A model generated the notes under the pieces. That model worked only from the letters and a program-made list of their open reading frames with translations, did no database searches and had not been told where the DNA came from. Shown here piece by piece: positions 1 to 9,348 of a DNA stretch of 32,000 nt; within the stretch, counting starts at the first letter, position 1, and each line of letters begins with the position of its first letter. This DNA comes from Candidatus Scalindua sp. (GTDB lineage Bacteria > Planctomycetota > Brocadiia > Brocadiales > Scalinduaceae). The stretch lies in the NCBI GenBank assembly GCA_031316235.1, contig JALDRA010000001.1, positions 1,440,001 to 1,472,000 on the forward strand. The letters run 5' to 3'. The position numbers and the translations under genes are program-made.

Positions 1-884
1 GCAATTCTGATGAGCTCCACCACAAAGACCTTTAAAGAGCCTGAAACCTCAGCAATAGATGCATTGCTTTGCATAGCCTCAAAACGATTTGACGCACCTC
101 TTACCGGGATTTTTGTCATTTTCTGAAGTTCACGAATAATCCTTACCGCATACTCGGGATGGGTATTGAGCCCTGTTCCGACTGCGGTTCCCCCGATCCC
201 CAGTTCATACAACGAAGCACTTGAGTTTTCAATTCTCTCAGCAGACTTCGAAACAGCATCTGCATAGCCTGAAAACTCCTGACCAAGTCTGACAGGCGAA
301 GCGTCTTGTAGATGGGTCCTTCCAGACTTAATAATTGTACTGAATTCCTCGGCCTTCCTGTTAAGAACATCTACTAACTCGTCCATTACAGGAATGAGCT
401 CCTTCAGTACCAGCAATGCTGCAATTCTCATCGCAGTGGGAAACACGTCATTTGTTGATTGCCCGCAGTTAACATGGTCATTCGGATGAACAATAGAGTA
501 GTCTCCCTTCTTTCCACCCAGACCTTCAATTGCAATATTGGCTATCACCTCATTTACATTCATGTTAAATGAAGTTCCAGCACCTGCCTGATAAACATCC
601 ACCACAAATTGATCCTGAAATTCCCCCTTCAAGATCCTGTCGGCAGCCTGGATGATCATTTCACTTCTTGCCTTATTCAAACACCCAAGCTCGTTATTTA
701 CCTTTGCCGCGGCCTTTTTTATATAGACCATAGACTCCGTAAATTTGGGGTGAGGCCTTATACCGCTTATTGGAAAGTTTTCCAACGCCCTCACTGTCTG
801 AGCGCCATAATAAGAGTCTTTTGGGACCCTTATTTCTCCTAAAGTATCGTGCTCTATACGAAACTGGTTGTCTGTTGTTTCCAT
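1..884 (-). CDS. Class II fumarase/aspartase superfamily lyase, aspartate ammonia-lyase-like (N-terminal ~294 codons; 3' end runs off the window)
   Basis: Absent from the ORF track because it is open to the window edge. My translation from ATG at 884-882 (minus) reads without stops: METTDNQFRIEHDTLGEIRVPKDSYYGAQTVRALENF...DVYQAGAGTSFNMNVNEVIANI...HPNDHVNCGQSTNDVFPTA...GRTHLQDASPVRLGQEF...GGTAVGTGLNTHPEY. These are the conserved blocks of the FumC/AspA family. The N-terminal blocks resemble AspA more than FumC. Confidence 0.85.
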   Translation of the reverse strand, partial: METTDNQFRIEHDTLGEIRVPKDSYYGAQTVRALENFPISGIRPHPKFTESMVYIKKAAAKVNNELGCLNKARSEMIIQAADRILKGEFQDQFVVDVYQAGAGTSFNMNVNEVIANIAIEGLGGKKGDYSIVHPNDHVNCGQSTNDVFPTAMRIAALLVLKELIPVMDELVDVLNRKAEEFSTIIKSGRTHLQDASPVRLGQEFSGYADAVSKSAERIENSSASLYELGIGGTAVGTGLNTHPEYAVRIIRELQKMTKIPVRGASNRFEAMQSNASIAEVSGSLKVFVVELIRI

Positions 885-916
885 AAGGATTTCACATTAT
901 GCAATTCAGGCATACT

Positions 917-1291
917 TTAATCACTCTTTATCCGAGCAGTGCCCTCCCAGAGACCATGGAGATTGCAGCGGCTTACGGCCCTCAACGTTGAATCAAGACC
1001 GTGATGACTCAGTTTGAGAGGTATCGTAATCTTAGGTTTCGTCATCACCGGTACAAAATCAAACCTGCCGAGATAGACCGATCCGATATAAAATTCTATC
1101 CATTGAATAAAGTGTTCGTTTTCGTTTGAATGCTCGGTCTCACCGACCGTAATTGTAACGTCAAAAAACTCTCCTGTTTTTACTACTTCAGGTACATCAA
1201 TTACCGGTACGTGTTTTTTGGCCAATGGGGAATCCTTCTCCGCATCAGCAGGGATATTAACCTTACAAAATAGCGCTTTTTCGTTTATCAC
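917..1291 (-). CDS. Superoxide reductase (neelaredoxin / desulfoferrodoxin ferrous-iron-binding domain, single-domain type)
   Basis: 124 aa. Shows KHVPVI, EH..IQWIEF and CNLHGLW motifs (His and Cys ligands of the SOR centre II). GTG start preceded by AGGAG at a 6-nt spacing. Confidence 0.85.
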   Translation of the reverse strand: MINEKALFCKVNIPADAEKDSPLAKKHVPVIDVPEVVKTGEFFDVTITVGETEHSNENEHFIQWIEFYIGSVYLGRFDFVPVMTKPKITIPLKLSHHGLDSTLRAVSRCNLHGLWEGTARIKSD

Positions 1292-1924
1292 ATTTTTCTC
1301 CTAATCTTTCATACAGTAAATTAAATTTGACAATTTCTCTTTTTTTGCTTCTACCTGATACAGCACAATTAACGTGCCAAAACATGAGGAATCATTGAAC
1401 AACACTCTGTTTGGAGATAGCATTTCCACGTTACCTTGAATTACGATAACATTGTATCCCCTTTATACTCCCTGATGCTCATAGGCCCGCAGAGGATACA
1501 ACATTGGTTCGACGCAGTGAGATTTGCCGTGATTGGTTGCTGGATGAAGTGCCTGGGCCCCTTCACTCTCTTCAGGTTTTCTTAAAAATTACTGGAATAC
1601 CGTCTAATAATCTGGATTTTACTCTTCAGGATATTATGGTATTTTCTGAGTATGTTTTACGGTAGAGTCAAACATCTACCCTTCAAAAAAAGATAGGGCA
1701 GCTTCATGAAAAACCAGGCAGAGACGTTAAATCGTTAAATCTTACACCTCAGGCTGCCAGGTTCATTTCGTCGCTTTCCCTCCTATACCTTCTCTCCTGA
1801 CAACTTGACGTCGGCAGTCTTTACCCTGATTCCAGACTTTATGCCTGCAGCACATATGGTTTTTTCTGCTTAAAACTCTCAAATCCCCCACTTCTCCTGT
1901 CAGAGGGACTGATACAAAAGTTCA

Positions 1925-3946
1925 TTATTCAAACTCATTTCCTGCAGCCTCAATCATTCTCTTCATGGTATTTACGGCGTTATATTGTGTCCCTTTCCAG
2001 AAGAAATCCCCATCTGGTTTCAGTATAACGAAAAACGGCAGCCCCCTTTTCAGCTCAGCATATAAGGGATCTTCCCTGAAAATTTCATATTGTTTATCGG
2101 TATCATACACCTTCAGAAGAACCGCCTTTTTAAGAGCCTTGTTAAGAACGGCGTTTCTTAAGGAAAGCTTTTTAAATGCGACACAATTTGCGCACCAGTC
2201 TGCATAAAAATCAATAAAAACTGGCTTGTTATCCTTTCTGGCCATGGCTAAGGCATTCTCAAAATTTCGTTGCCAGATGAGGTCTCCCTGTTTTTCCGTT
2301 AATTCTTCATCCGCTGCCTCTCCTATGTGTACACGAGAAATATTTGATTCGAGAAGAAGTCCCGACTGACCAAGCCCATTGTAAAAAAAATGGATACCAG
2401 AAATTAACAATAGTAACGAAAATGCCTTCTTCAGTTTTTCTCCCGGCATCATATTTTCGCTCCACCCCTTAAATAGCCCGAGATAGACTGAAACAAAAAT
2501 AGACACAAGGCCCAACACGATTGCATACGCTACTCCCGTTTTTACCTGGGAGACACCCATACCCTTCATATAGTAAGAAAATGCAAAGTACATAATAACC
2601 AATCCAAGGGCATATTTCACAAAAACCATCCATGATCCGGCCTTTGGCATCCTGTTACTGAAAAGACCCACAATAAGGAATGGAAGGCCTATACCGATAC
2701 CAAACCCTCCCATCAAGATCCCACCCCTTCCTGAAATTAGCGTTTTTTGAAGAAATGAAATATTCCGGCCGTTTGCCATATATTGGGAACTCAATTCAGC
2801 AATCTGATTCGTTATCTGCAAAAGAAGGGCAAAAACTACAGGCCCCACACAGGGAGATACCACCAGTCCGGCAACCATCCCAATGAGAAAGGTCCCTGAG
2901 TATCCTGCATGCGTTTTTGCTGATGTATCGATCTTCGCTTTGAATCCCTGACCAAATGAAAGATCATAAAACCCAAGCATGGAAAGAGCAAGAAGGGCAA
3001 AAAATAGTGACAAGGCGATATTAACTACCGCACTCTTCATAATTACGTTCAGTGCACCTCCCGTCATTCCTGCAACATACCCCATGATAATATAGACTGA
3101 AATGATTCCGACAAAGTAAATGAGCGCGTGCCTTATCCCCTTCTCTCTGGAACCACCACCCCTTTGGATAAGGAATGCGGTTGTAATGGGAAGCATAGGA
3201 TAAACGCAGGGGGTTGCAGCAGCCAATATTCCCGCAATAACCATAAAGAAAAAGGAAATAACTATGTTTTTTGAATATGCATGGTATTTCTCCAAAAGCC
3301 AACCGGTTAGACCTTCACCTCTCTGATTATTATAAGCATCTGAAAATGAATCTCTCTGGGATTGCCTGATGAACCTGTCTTCAGGAAACAGTTGTTTTGA
3401 TTTTTTTTTTACGGATGGGGCCTGGTCTCCGATGTCCCCGTAACTTAAGGTCAGCGGAAATGAAATAGTGTCCGGCAGGTAGCAGACGTTATTTATATCG
3501 TTACATATTTGATACCTGAGATTTATTTGAAAAGTACTTTTTAAAGGAAGGGTCTCAGGGGCCTCGATAGAAAATCGGTATGTATTCTCCCCGCGGAGAA
3601 CCGTCGCCCCGGCTTTTTCTTCACGCTCACCCCCGGGCCTTTCATCAACGTCAACACGGAAACCGCTATTACCTAGATCGTTGAATTCAAATTCAAGAGG
3701 AATAAAGAGACCTTCATCTCCCTGATCAAGATATGCATGGTGGTCACTCGGTACAGCTACCCGCACTGAAAAGTATCCCTTTGAACGCGGTCCCAGCTTG
3801 ATTTCTGGCTCAACCGCTGACACTTCAATTTCCGGTGCAGAGGCCTTACATAGCCCGGGATAACACCAGAAATACAGAAACAACGGGGCTAACAGACAAG
3901 TTAATCCATAACTAAGGCATTTCTCAGATATCATCTTAATTTTCAT
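1925..3946 (-). CDS. dsbD: Thiol:disulfide interchange protein DsbD (N-terminal alpha domain, TM core, C-terminal thioredoxin domain)
   Basis: 673 aa. Signal/TM N-terminus. CNDINNVC (C-x6-C) in the periplasmic N-domain. Membrane-core Cys motifs ATPCVYPMLP and SPCVGPV. C-terminal FIDFYADWCANC thioredoxin motif. Confidence 0.9.
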   Translation of the reverse strand: MKIKMISEKCLSYGLTCLLAPLFLYFWCYPGLCKASAPEIEVSAVEPEIKLGPRSKGYFSVRVAVPSDHHAYLDQGDEGLFIPLEFEFNDLGNSGFRVDVDERPGGEREEKAGATVLRGENTYRFSIEAPETLPLKSTFQINLRYQICNDINNVCYLPDTISFPLTLSYGDIGDQAPSVKKKSKQLFPEDRFIRQSQRDSFSDAYNNQRGEGLTGWLLEKYHAYSKNIVISFFFMVIAGILAAATPCVYPMLPITTAFLIQRGGGSREKGIRHALIYFVGIISVYIIMGYVAGMTGGALNVIMKSAVVNIALSLFFALLALSMLGFYDLSFGQGFKAKIDTSAKTHAGYSGTFLIGMVAGLVVSPCVGPVVFALLLQITNQIAELSSQYMANGRNISFLQKTLISGRGGILMGGFGIGIGLPFLIVGLFSNRMPKAGSWMVFVKYALGLVIMYFAFSYYMKGMGVSQVKTGVAYAIVLGLVSIFVSVYLGLFKGWSENMMPGEKLKKAFSLLLLISGIHFFYNGLGQSGLLLESNISRVHIGEAADEELTEKQGDLIWQRNFENALAMARKDNKPVFIDFYADWCANCVAFKKLSLRNAVLNKALKKAVLLKVYDTDKQYEIFREDPLYAELKRGLPFFVILKPDGDFFWKGTQYNAVNTMKRMIEAAGNEFE

Positions 3947-3986
3947 TTACAGACGAATGCTTATCAGTGTAACAGCATAAGCTTCT

Positions 3987-4316
3987 TTACAGGACTGTCT
4001 CAATTTTTTTTTCAAGTACACTTTTACTCACCACGCCTACCACTGTATCCTTGATTTCTCCATTTTTAAAAATGATAAGTGTTGGTACAGACATCACCCC
4101 ATATTTCGTTGCAAGTGCCTGATTCTCCTCAACATCAATGTCCACCTTCACAATTTTAACTTTCCCGTCATATATTTCTGACAGTTCTATTAAAATCGGT
4201 GTCTGTCTCTTGCAGGGGCCGCACCAATCTGCATAAAAATCAACTAATACAGGCATCTCAGACTCTAAAACAATCTGGTCAAAATCGCTATTTATTGCCG
4301 CCACTATACCAGCCAT
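3987..4316 (-). CDS. trxA: Thioredoxin
   Basis: 109 aa with VLVDFYADWCGPCK active site and typical thioredoxin length. GAGGGG Shine-Dalgarno upstream. Confidence 0.93.
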   Translation of the reverse strand: MAGIVAAINSDFDQIVLESEMPVLVDFYADWCGPCKRQTPILIELSEIYDGKVKIVKVDIDVEENQALATKYGVMSVPTLIIFKNGEIKDTVVGVVSKSVLEKKIETVL

Positions 4317-4556
4317 TTTCCCCTCACTTCCGTAAAAGAGATTTTAGGAATAAGTAAACATCTTCCAGGTCTGCGCCCTGAACGCTTATTATACCCTTTC
4401 TCTTGATTTTAGCAAACGGCTTTTCTCAGGATTCCCTCAGAATTAATGAAATTTTGCTTGATCACTATGGAAAAATTCATTACGGTTATAATCAAATTCA
4501 CTATCATATTTGTTCCCTTATACCGAAAAAAAAGAACCCCATTTTCAGAATTTTCC

Positions 4557-5054
4557 ATGGATGAGTTAACAATAAGAAATGTTACGGAACAGGATCTCAA
4601 CGATTGCCATGCAGTTGAATCTGCAGGGTATAACACTGAGGGAGCAACAAGGAAAAAGATCCAGGCACGAATCAAGTTGTTCCCGGAGGGATTTATCGTT
4701 GCCGATTTGAGGGGCTGTATTATCGGCATTGTCAATAGCGGATCCACAAACAGTAACGATTTAACGAAAGAAGAATTTAAAGAGATGATCGGTCATGATA
4801 ACAACGGCAAAAACATGGTTATTTTTTCACTTGCCGTATTACCTCAATTTCGGGGACAAGGTGTTTCCCGAAAGTTGATGGAAAAGTTTGTTGAAGTATC
4901 GAAGAAATTAAAAAAGGAAAAGATATTACTTATCTGCAAGCCAGAACTCATCCCCTATTATCAGAAATTCGGTTTTATCTATGCCGGGAAATCACGATCG
5001 AAACATGGCGGGTTTACCTGGCATGAGATGTATGTACGGCTCAGGACTGAATAG
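4557..5054 (+). CDS. GNAT-family N-acetyltransferase
   Basis: Acetyl-CoA binding motif A (LAVLPQFRGQGVSRKLMEKF) and typical GNAT length from the internal in-frame ATG at 4557 (MDELTIRNVTEQDL...). The ORF-track start at 4446 adds a hydrophobic, low-complexity 37-aa leader that I consider unlikely. Confidence 0.8.
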   Translation: MDELTIRNVTEQDLNDCHAVESAGYNTEGATRKKIQARIKLFPEGFIVADLRGCIIGIVNSGSTNSNDLTKEEFKEMIGHDNNGKNMVIFSLAVLPQFRGQGVSRKLMEKFVEVSKKLKKEKILLICKPELIPYYQKFGFIYAGKSRSKHGGFTWHEMYVRLRTE

Positions 5055-5145
5055 ATATGACTCAAAGGACAAAAAACACTGAAGCACCAGATACGCAAAA
5101 AAACATGCCCAGTTGCACCCATGGAACCTCATAGAATTTCACTAC

Positions 5146-7782
5146 TCATTCCTTCTCCTCTTTCGAACCAAATATGCTGTTTATATGACTTGAAAGCACT
5201 GAAAACTCAAAAGGTTTCTTGATAATAAAGTCCACATTGAGCACCGCATTATCAGAGGACCCTATCTTCTCAGACCAACCCGTAATTAGCCCGACCTTTG
5301 GCTTTCTGTCCAGAGTCTCTATCAATTTTATGATATCTTTTCCACCGACCTCCGGCATGACGAGATCACAGAGCACGAGATCATAGCACTCTTCTTTTAA
5401 GAGTTTGACTGCATCACTCCCTCTACAGACACTCGTAACCTTTTGCCCCTCATCAGTGAGAAATTCACTCAGGAATTCACATACATAAGGCTCATCATCG
5501 ACAACCAGAATACGTAAACCCCTGAAAGTAAATTCCTGTTTCTCTCTGGAATCAACACCGAGACTACGAACTTTCTTACTCACAGGCAACCAGAGGGTAA
5601 TCGTCGTGCCTTTTCCCACTTCGCTTTCTACCTCTATCCTGCCTCCATGTCTTTTTATGATACCGTAGCTGACGCTCATGCCTAAACCGGTCCCCTTGGG
5701 CACCTTGGTAGTCAGAAAAGGATCAAATATGTTCCTGCGTACATCTTCATACATACCCTCTCCTGTGTCTGTGATACTTATACATACCATATCACCGCTC
5801 TTCCATGTGCGAAAGGAGAGACATCCTCCCTCCGGCATTGCATCTAAAGAGTTATTGATTATATTTAACAGCACCTCTCTCAGCTCAGTACTATTCCCCC
5901 TCACCATGGGTATTTCTTGCAGACCGTGCTCCTCTATTTGATAATCTATCCCGTTTGCCTGTGAAACAGTCTTCCATCTCGGCCTTGCGAAATCAATAAC
6001 CTCTTTTAACAGTTCCCCAACTTCTAAGGACGTAAAATGGGATTCGTCTGTTTCACTCCTCGTAAACTTCATCATCCTGCTCACTATCTCAGTGCCATCG
6101 GCGACACTTTTCAAAATCACATTCAGTTTATTGTTTATCTCTTCATGGTCTCTATATTTATCCTCCAGCAAAAGGGCATACCCTTTGATTATGGCAAGTA
6201 TGTTATTAAACTCATGTGAAATGCCTGAGGTCATCACCCCCATAGCCTTCAATTTCTCTGACTGCAGCAAGGCCTCCTCCATTTGATTGCGTTCAGTGAT
6301 GTCTTCTGCAATACCCTCAACAGAAATGACTTTATTCTGATTGTCAAAGACCGGCACTTCCTGGACTTTCAACGTCCGTATCGAACCGTTCTTGTGATAA
6401 ATTTCCACTTTATAGGGAGGCTGCTTGATACCTTTTGTACTGAGTTCTCTGTGATGCACCACTTCGGTATTTATGGGATCATCAGTCATGTATTCAGCAT
6501 AGTGGGTGAGAAACTCCTTTGGTGTATAGCCAAGTATGTTGGTTATTGAAGTGCTGATGTAGGTAAAGATACCTTCAGTATTGTGCGAGTAGAAAAAGTA
6601 ATTATCCTGGAGATTTTCGATAAGTCTTCTATATTTTGTCTCAGATTTTTCCAGCTCATTCTCCCCGCGTCTGCGTTTGATGAAGACCCCTATTTGGCTG
6701 CCGATTGCCGACATCATAGCAAGCAGTTCCCTGTCGGGCTGCCTTATCTCGTGGCTAAAGAAACTGATTGTTCCAAGTACCTCCTTACCACTCAGAATAG
6801 GAAAGCCAAAGGCCCCATGGAGCCCCTCTCTGGATGCAATTTTTGCCCGTGGGAAATTTGAGTCTCTGACTACATCCTCAATCCAGATAGGCTGAACACT
6901 CGATAAAACTCTCCCCGGTAATCCAATACCCGGGGGAAAGGTTCTTTGCCTGGTAATGGTTGCAAATTCCGAAACTTCAAGGGACGGAAGATGCCAGAGT
7001 TCGCAGCAATGTAACAGGCATTCCTTCTTATCCAGCAACCATATTTCCCCAAGATCCCATTCAAGAGCCTTGCATACAGCTTGAAGAATTTTTGAGAACG
7101 CCTCTCTTATTGTAGCGGCCTCTGCTAATACCTTTGTCACAATGTGTTGAGCTCTTAACCTGCTTTCCGCACTTTTTCGTTCGGTAATATCTTCCTTGAC
7201 CGCAATAAAATGGGTAATAATACCTTCACTGTTCCTGACTGGTGAGATAGATGCGGATTCCCAATAGTTTTTACCGTTCTTTTTCGTATTACAAAATGTT
7301 CCATGCCATTCTCTGCCAGACGTAATAGCCTCCCACAAGTTTTTGTGAACCTGAGAAGGTGTTTTCTGCGATTTCAGAATGCTGGGATTTCTCCCTATAA
7401 CCTCTCCTGAATCATAACCGGTTATCTGGGTAAATTTTGGATTGACATATTCAATGATACCGTCTTTATCAGTAATCACAATTGAGCTGGAGCTTTGCTC
7501 GATAGCTTGTGATAAACGGCATCTTTTTTCTTCCGTTCTTTTATGTTCGGCTATTTCCGACTTCAATATTTCGTTTGTTTCCGCCAGCTCTCTGTTGCAT
7601 TCGTCTAAGCGTTTCTCCAGAACCTCGATACGTATTCTTGACTCCTCTTCAACTTTTTCCTGATCTCGCTGCTCAGAGATCCGTGATCTTTCCCTGCTTC
7701 TTCTGGACACAAAAATTTTCTCTTTCAGACAATTATACTGCTGTAAGATGAGCGCTCCAATTCCCTTATTTTCTGATGACAT
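5146..7782 (-). CDS. Cytoplasmic hybrid sensor histidine kinase (coiled coil, PAS, GAF, PAS, HisKA, HATPase_c, C-terminal receiver)
   Basis: 878 aa with no TM segments. PAS-like blocks (IVITDKDGIIEYVNPKF..., FFYSHNTEGIFTYIS...). GAF-like block (EWDLGEIWLLD...GLPGRV...). H-box GISHEFNNILAII. N/G boxes (LLNIINNSLDAM, DTGEGM, GTGLGMS). Receiver domain (ILVVDDEP...VLCDLVMPE...KPF). Confidence 0.9.
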   Translation of the reverse strand: MSSENKGIGALILQQYNCLKEKIFVSRRSRERSRISEQRDQEKVEEESRIRIEVLEKRLDECNRELAETNEILKSEIAEHKRTEEKRCRLSQAIEQSSSSIVITDKDGIIEYVNPKFTQITGYDSGEVIGRNPSILKSQKTPSQVHKNLWEAITSGREWHGTFCNTKKNGKNYWESASISPVRNSEGIITHFIAVKEDITERKSAESRLRAQHIVTKVLAEAATIREAFSKILQAVCKALEWDLGEIWLLDKKECLLHCCELWHLPSLEVSEFATITRQRTFPPGIGLPGRVLSSVQPIWIEDVVRDSNFPRAKIASREGLHGAFGFPILSGKEVLGTISFFSHEIRQPDRELLAMMSAIGSQIGVFIKRRRGENELEKSETKYRRLIENLQDNYFFYSHNTEGIFTYISTSITNILGYTPKEFLTHYAEYMTDDPINTEVVHHRELSTKGIKQPPYKVEIYHKNGSIRTLKVQEVPVFDNQNKVISVEGIAEDITERNQMEEALLQSEKLKAMGVMTSGISHEFNNILAIIKGYALLLEDKYRDHEEINNKLNVILKSVADGTEIVSRMMKFTRSETDESHFTSLEVGELLKEVIDFARPRWKTVSQANGIDYQIEEHGLQEIPMVRGNSTELREVLLNIINNSLDAMPEGGCLSFRTWKSGDMVCISITDTGEGMYEDVRRNIFDPFLTTKVPKGTGLGMSVSYGIIKRHGGRIEVESEVGKGTTITLWLPVSKKVRSLGVDSREKQEFTFRGLRILVVDDEPYVCEFLSEFLTDEGQKVTSVCRGSDAVKLLKEECYDLVLCDLVMPEVGGKDIIKLIETLDRKPKVGLITGWSEKIGSSDNAVLNVDFIIKKPFEFSVLSSHINSIFGSKEEKE

Positions 7783-7886
7783 TCTGTATCCTTACAATGA
7801 AGAACAGCAAACTGGAAAAATAAAGAGGTTGCATATGGGTCGGTACTTCACTGATACCTGTTCCGTGGTTAAACCAAAATCATCAT

Positions 7887-8420
7887 TCAGGTCTTCAACA
7901 ATATCAATACCTGATCAAGAGATGACTTTTCATCTCCGTGCAGTTCCCTTTGTACAAACTCATATTGAGCACGCTCATGATCCAATACACTTTCGGCGAA
8001 TTCTTTCTCATCCGATGGCGCTCTGTTTACAAACCGATCAAGAGTCTTTAAACCGGTACAGACGATCAATTCAAGGAACTTTAATGATAGACGCCATGGA
8101 AGTATTGCAGCGAACATACCAACAGCACAGCCGAGAAATTTATACCGTGTTTGTTCATTCGCTCCCCAGCCATTCTGAAAAAGGACTGCGTGTAACTGTA
8201 TCTTTGTCTGCGTTTCAAGTTTTCGTAATGTATCCCATTTATGCCGACGTTGCGGGCAGCCGGTACAGCGCGCCGCCATTAAGTATGCTGCCTCGCCAAA
8301 AACTTCTCCTTGAAACAGACGATTCAGTCTTTTTCGATATGCCTGATTTGTCATGTTCATTAGTTCTTTCATCGCATATGCCGCAAGGGTACCCACCGCA
8401 TATAATAGCTGATGCAACAT
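7887..8420 (-). CDS. Hypothetical helical protein, co-directional with and 104 nt upstream of the hybrid kinase
   Basis: 177-aa ORF with helix-rich, protein-like composition (FGEAAYLMAARCTGCPQRRHKWDTLRKLETQTK..., EKEFAESVLDHERAQYEFVQRELHG). I recognise no family. A 225-aa ORF on the opposite strand overlaps it completely, so the coding-strand choice is a judgement. Confidence 0.5.
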   Translation of the reverse strand: MLHQLLYAVGTLAAYAMKELMNMTNQAYRKRLNRLFQGEVFGEAAYLMAARCTGCPQRRHKWDTLRKLETQTKIQLHAVLFQNGWGANEQTRYKFLGCAVGMFAAILPWRLSLKFLELIVCTGLKTLDRFVNRAPSDEKEFAESVLDHERAQYEFVQRELHGDEKSSLDQVLILLKT

Positions 8421-8950
8421 GGTGAGCGCTCCAGCAAAAATGTACCTGTTTACGGTTTGGTTGACAGATTTCCTTTCATACAGTCGATGAGAGGAATCAG
8501 CGCCATTATAAGCAAAAACGGCACAAATACAATTATTTCTTCACCTTAATCTCGTGTAATCTCAAAAAACTTTGTATCTAATTTCACGTATTTTCAACTT
8601 CCTGAAACCTTTAATACCCCTCTCGTTACTCTATTAGTCTGAGGCTGCCGCATAAAAGTTAAACGTCACAAAAGCTTAAAGTGGGATGAAGTGAAACAAG
8701 TTTCACGAAAAGCTAGTGGAAAAATACTTTTTTACCCTCAGCACATGAGGTATACTAAAACCGATTTGGTGAAGGTATACCCGCTCAATTTTATCTCGGA
8801 TTTTATCCGAAATCCAGTATGAGATGAGTATAATTCAGATAATTGTACTCTTACTTAAGGCTCTCCAAATCTGGTCACATACCCCAATTTACCATTCATG
8901 CAAACGGTTATGGCGCGCCATCCAATTCAATTTATGAGATAATTTTTTGA

Positions 8951-8978
8951 TTGACAACAATTTTTATTCCTATATATT
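8951..8978 (+). promoter_or_regulatory. Sigma70-like promoter for the cbiM riboswitch leader
   Basis: TTGACA at 8951-8956, a 16-nt spacer, and TATATT at 8973-8978, about 20 nt upstream of the repeated leader. The second riboswitch copy has the same architecture (21750-21777). Confidence 0.45.
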
Positions 8979-8999
8979 TTTCTATAAGCTATTTGAACG

Positions 9000-9262
9000 G
9001 TACTTTGAAAATTTAAATCCATTTATGGGTGTTCGCTAACAACAACTGCTGTTAGCGGCATAATAGGGAAGTCCCTTAAAGGGCACGGACCCGCCGCTGT
9101 AATCGGCTACTAAGACTGCATTTCACGATTTGTTTCGTGATAACAGGCCACTTCTCCCGGCTTTGACCGGGGTGGGAAGGCGCAGTCATCAGGATGACCC
9201 GATAGTCAGAAGACCTGCCTGTAACTGCTTCACATGATCTCCGATGGTAAAGAAGGTGAAGG
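9000..9262 (+). promoter_or_regulatory. Cobalamin riboswitch (copy A1) upstream of cbiMNQO
   Basis: Conserved core elements are visible: AATAGGGAAG...CCCGCCGCTGTAATCGG, GCCACT, GGGAAGGCGCAG, and the B12 box AGTCAGAAGACCTGCC at 9204-9219. Supporting helices include GACTGC/GCAGTC, CCCGG/CCGGG and TCACGA/TCGTGA. The segment 9249-9257 (AAAGAAGGT) is complementary to 9318-9326 in the terminator 5' arm, a candidate antiterminator. Confidence 0.88.
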
Positions 9263-9310
9263 TGTATATGGTAATAAACAGTTTATGCATTCGTATGCAG
9301 ACTTGCTAAA

Positions 9311-9348
9311 AGCCCGTACCTTCTTTGTAAAAAGGTACGGGCTTTTTT
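9311..9348 (+). terminator. Intrinsic terminator forming the expression platform of riboswitch A1
   Basis: Perfect 12-bp stem AGCCCGTACCTT / AAGGTACGGGCT, a 9-nt loop, then T6. Confidence 0.85.

Noticed and set aside
4409-4747. 112-aa minus-strand ORF, and the 4446 start of the GNAT ORF
   Set aside because: The minus ORF is antisense to the GNAT gene and has no recognisable features. The long GNAT start adds a hydrophobic leader not expected for a cytoplasmic acetyltransferase.
5678-7751. Numerous 60-92-aa plus-strand ORFs inside the kinase gene, and similar antisense or alternate-frame ORFs inside dsbD, the cbi genes, btuB and cbiZ
   Set aside because: All are nested in or antisense to long ORFs with clear domain content, and none shows motifs. 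They are the expected by-products in AT-leaning DNA.
7748-8425. 225-aa plus-strand ORF completely overlapping the 177-aa minus-strand ORF
   Set aside because: The translation is Ser/Pro/Thr-rich with no motif or secondary-structure-like periodicity, and it would start inside the kinase gene's 5' end. The minus-strand product looks more protein-like and is co-directional with the kinase. I am not certain of this; see the finding at 7887-8420.
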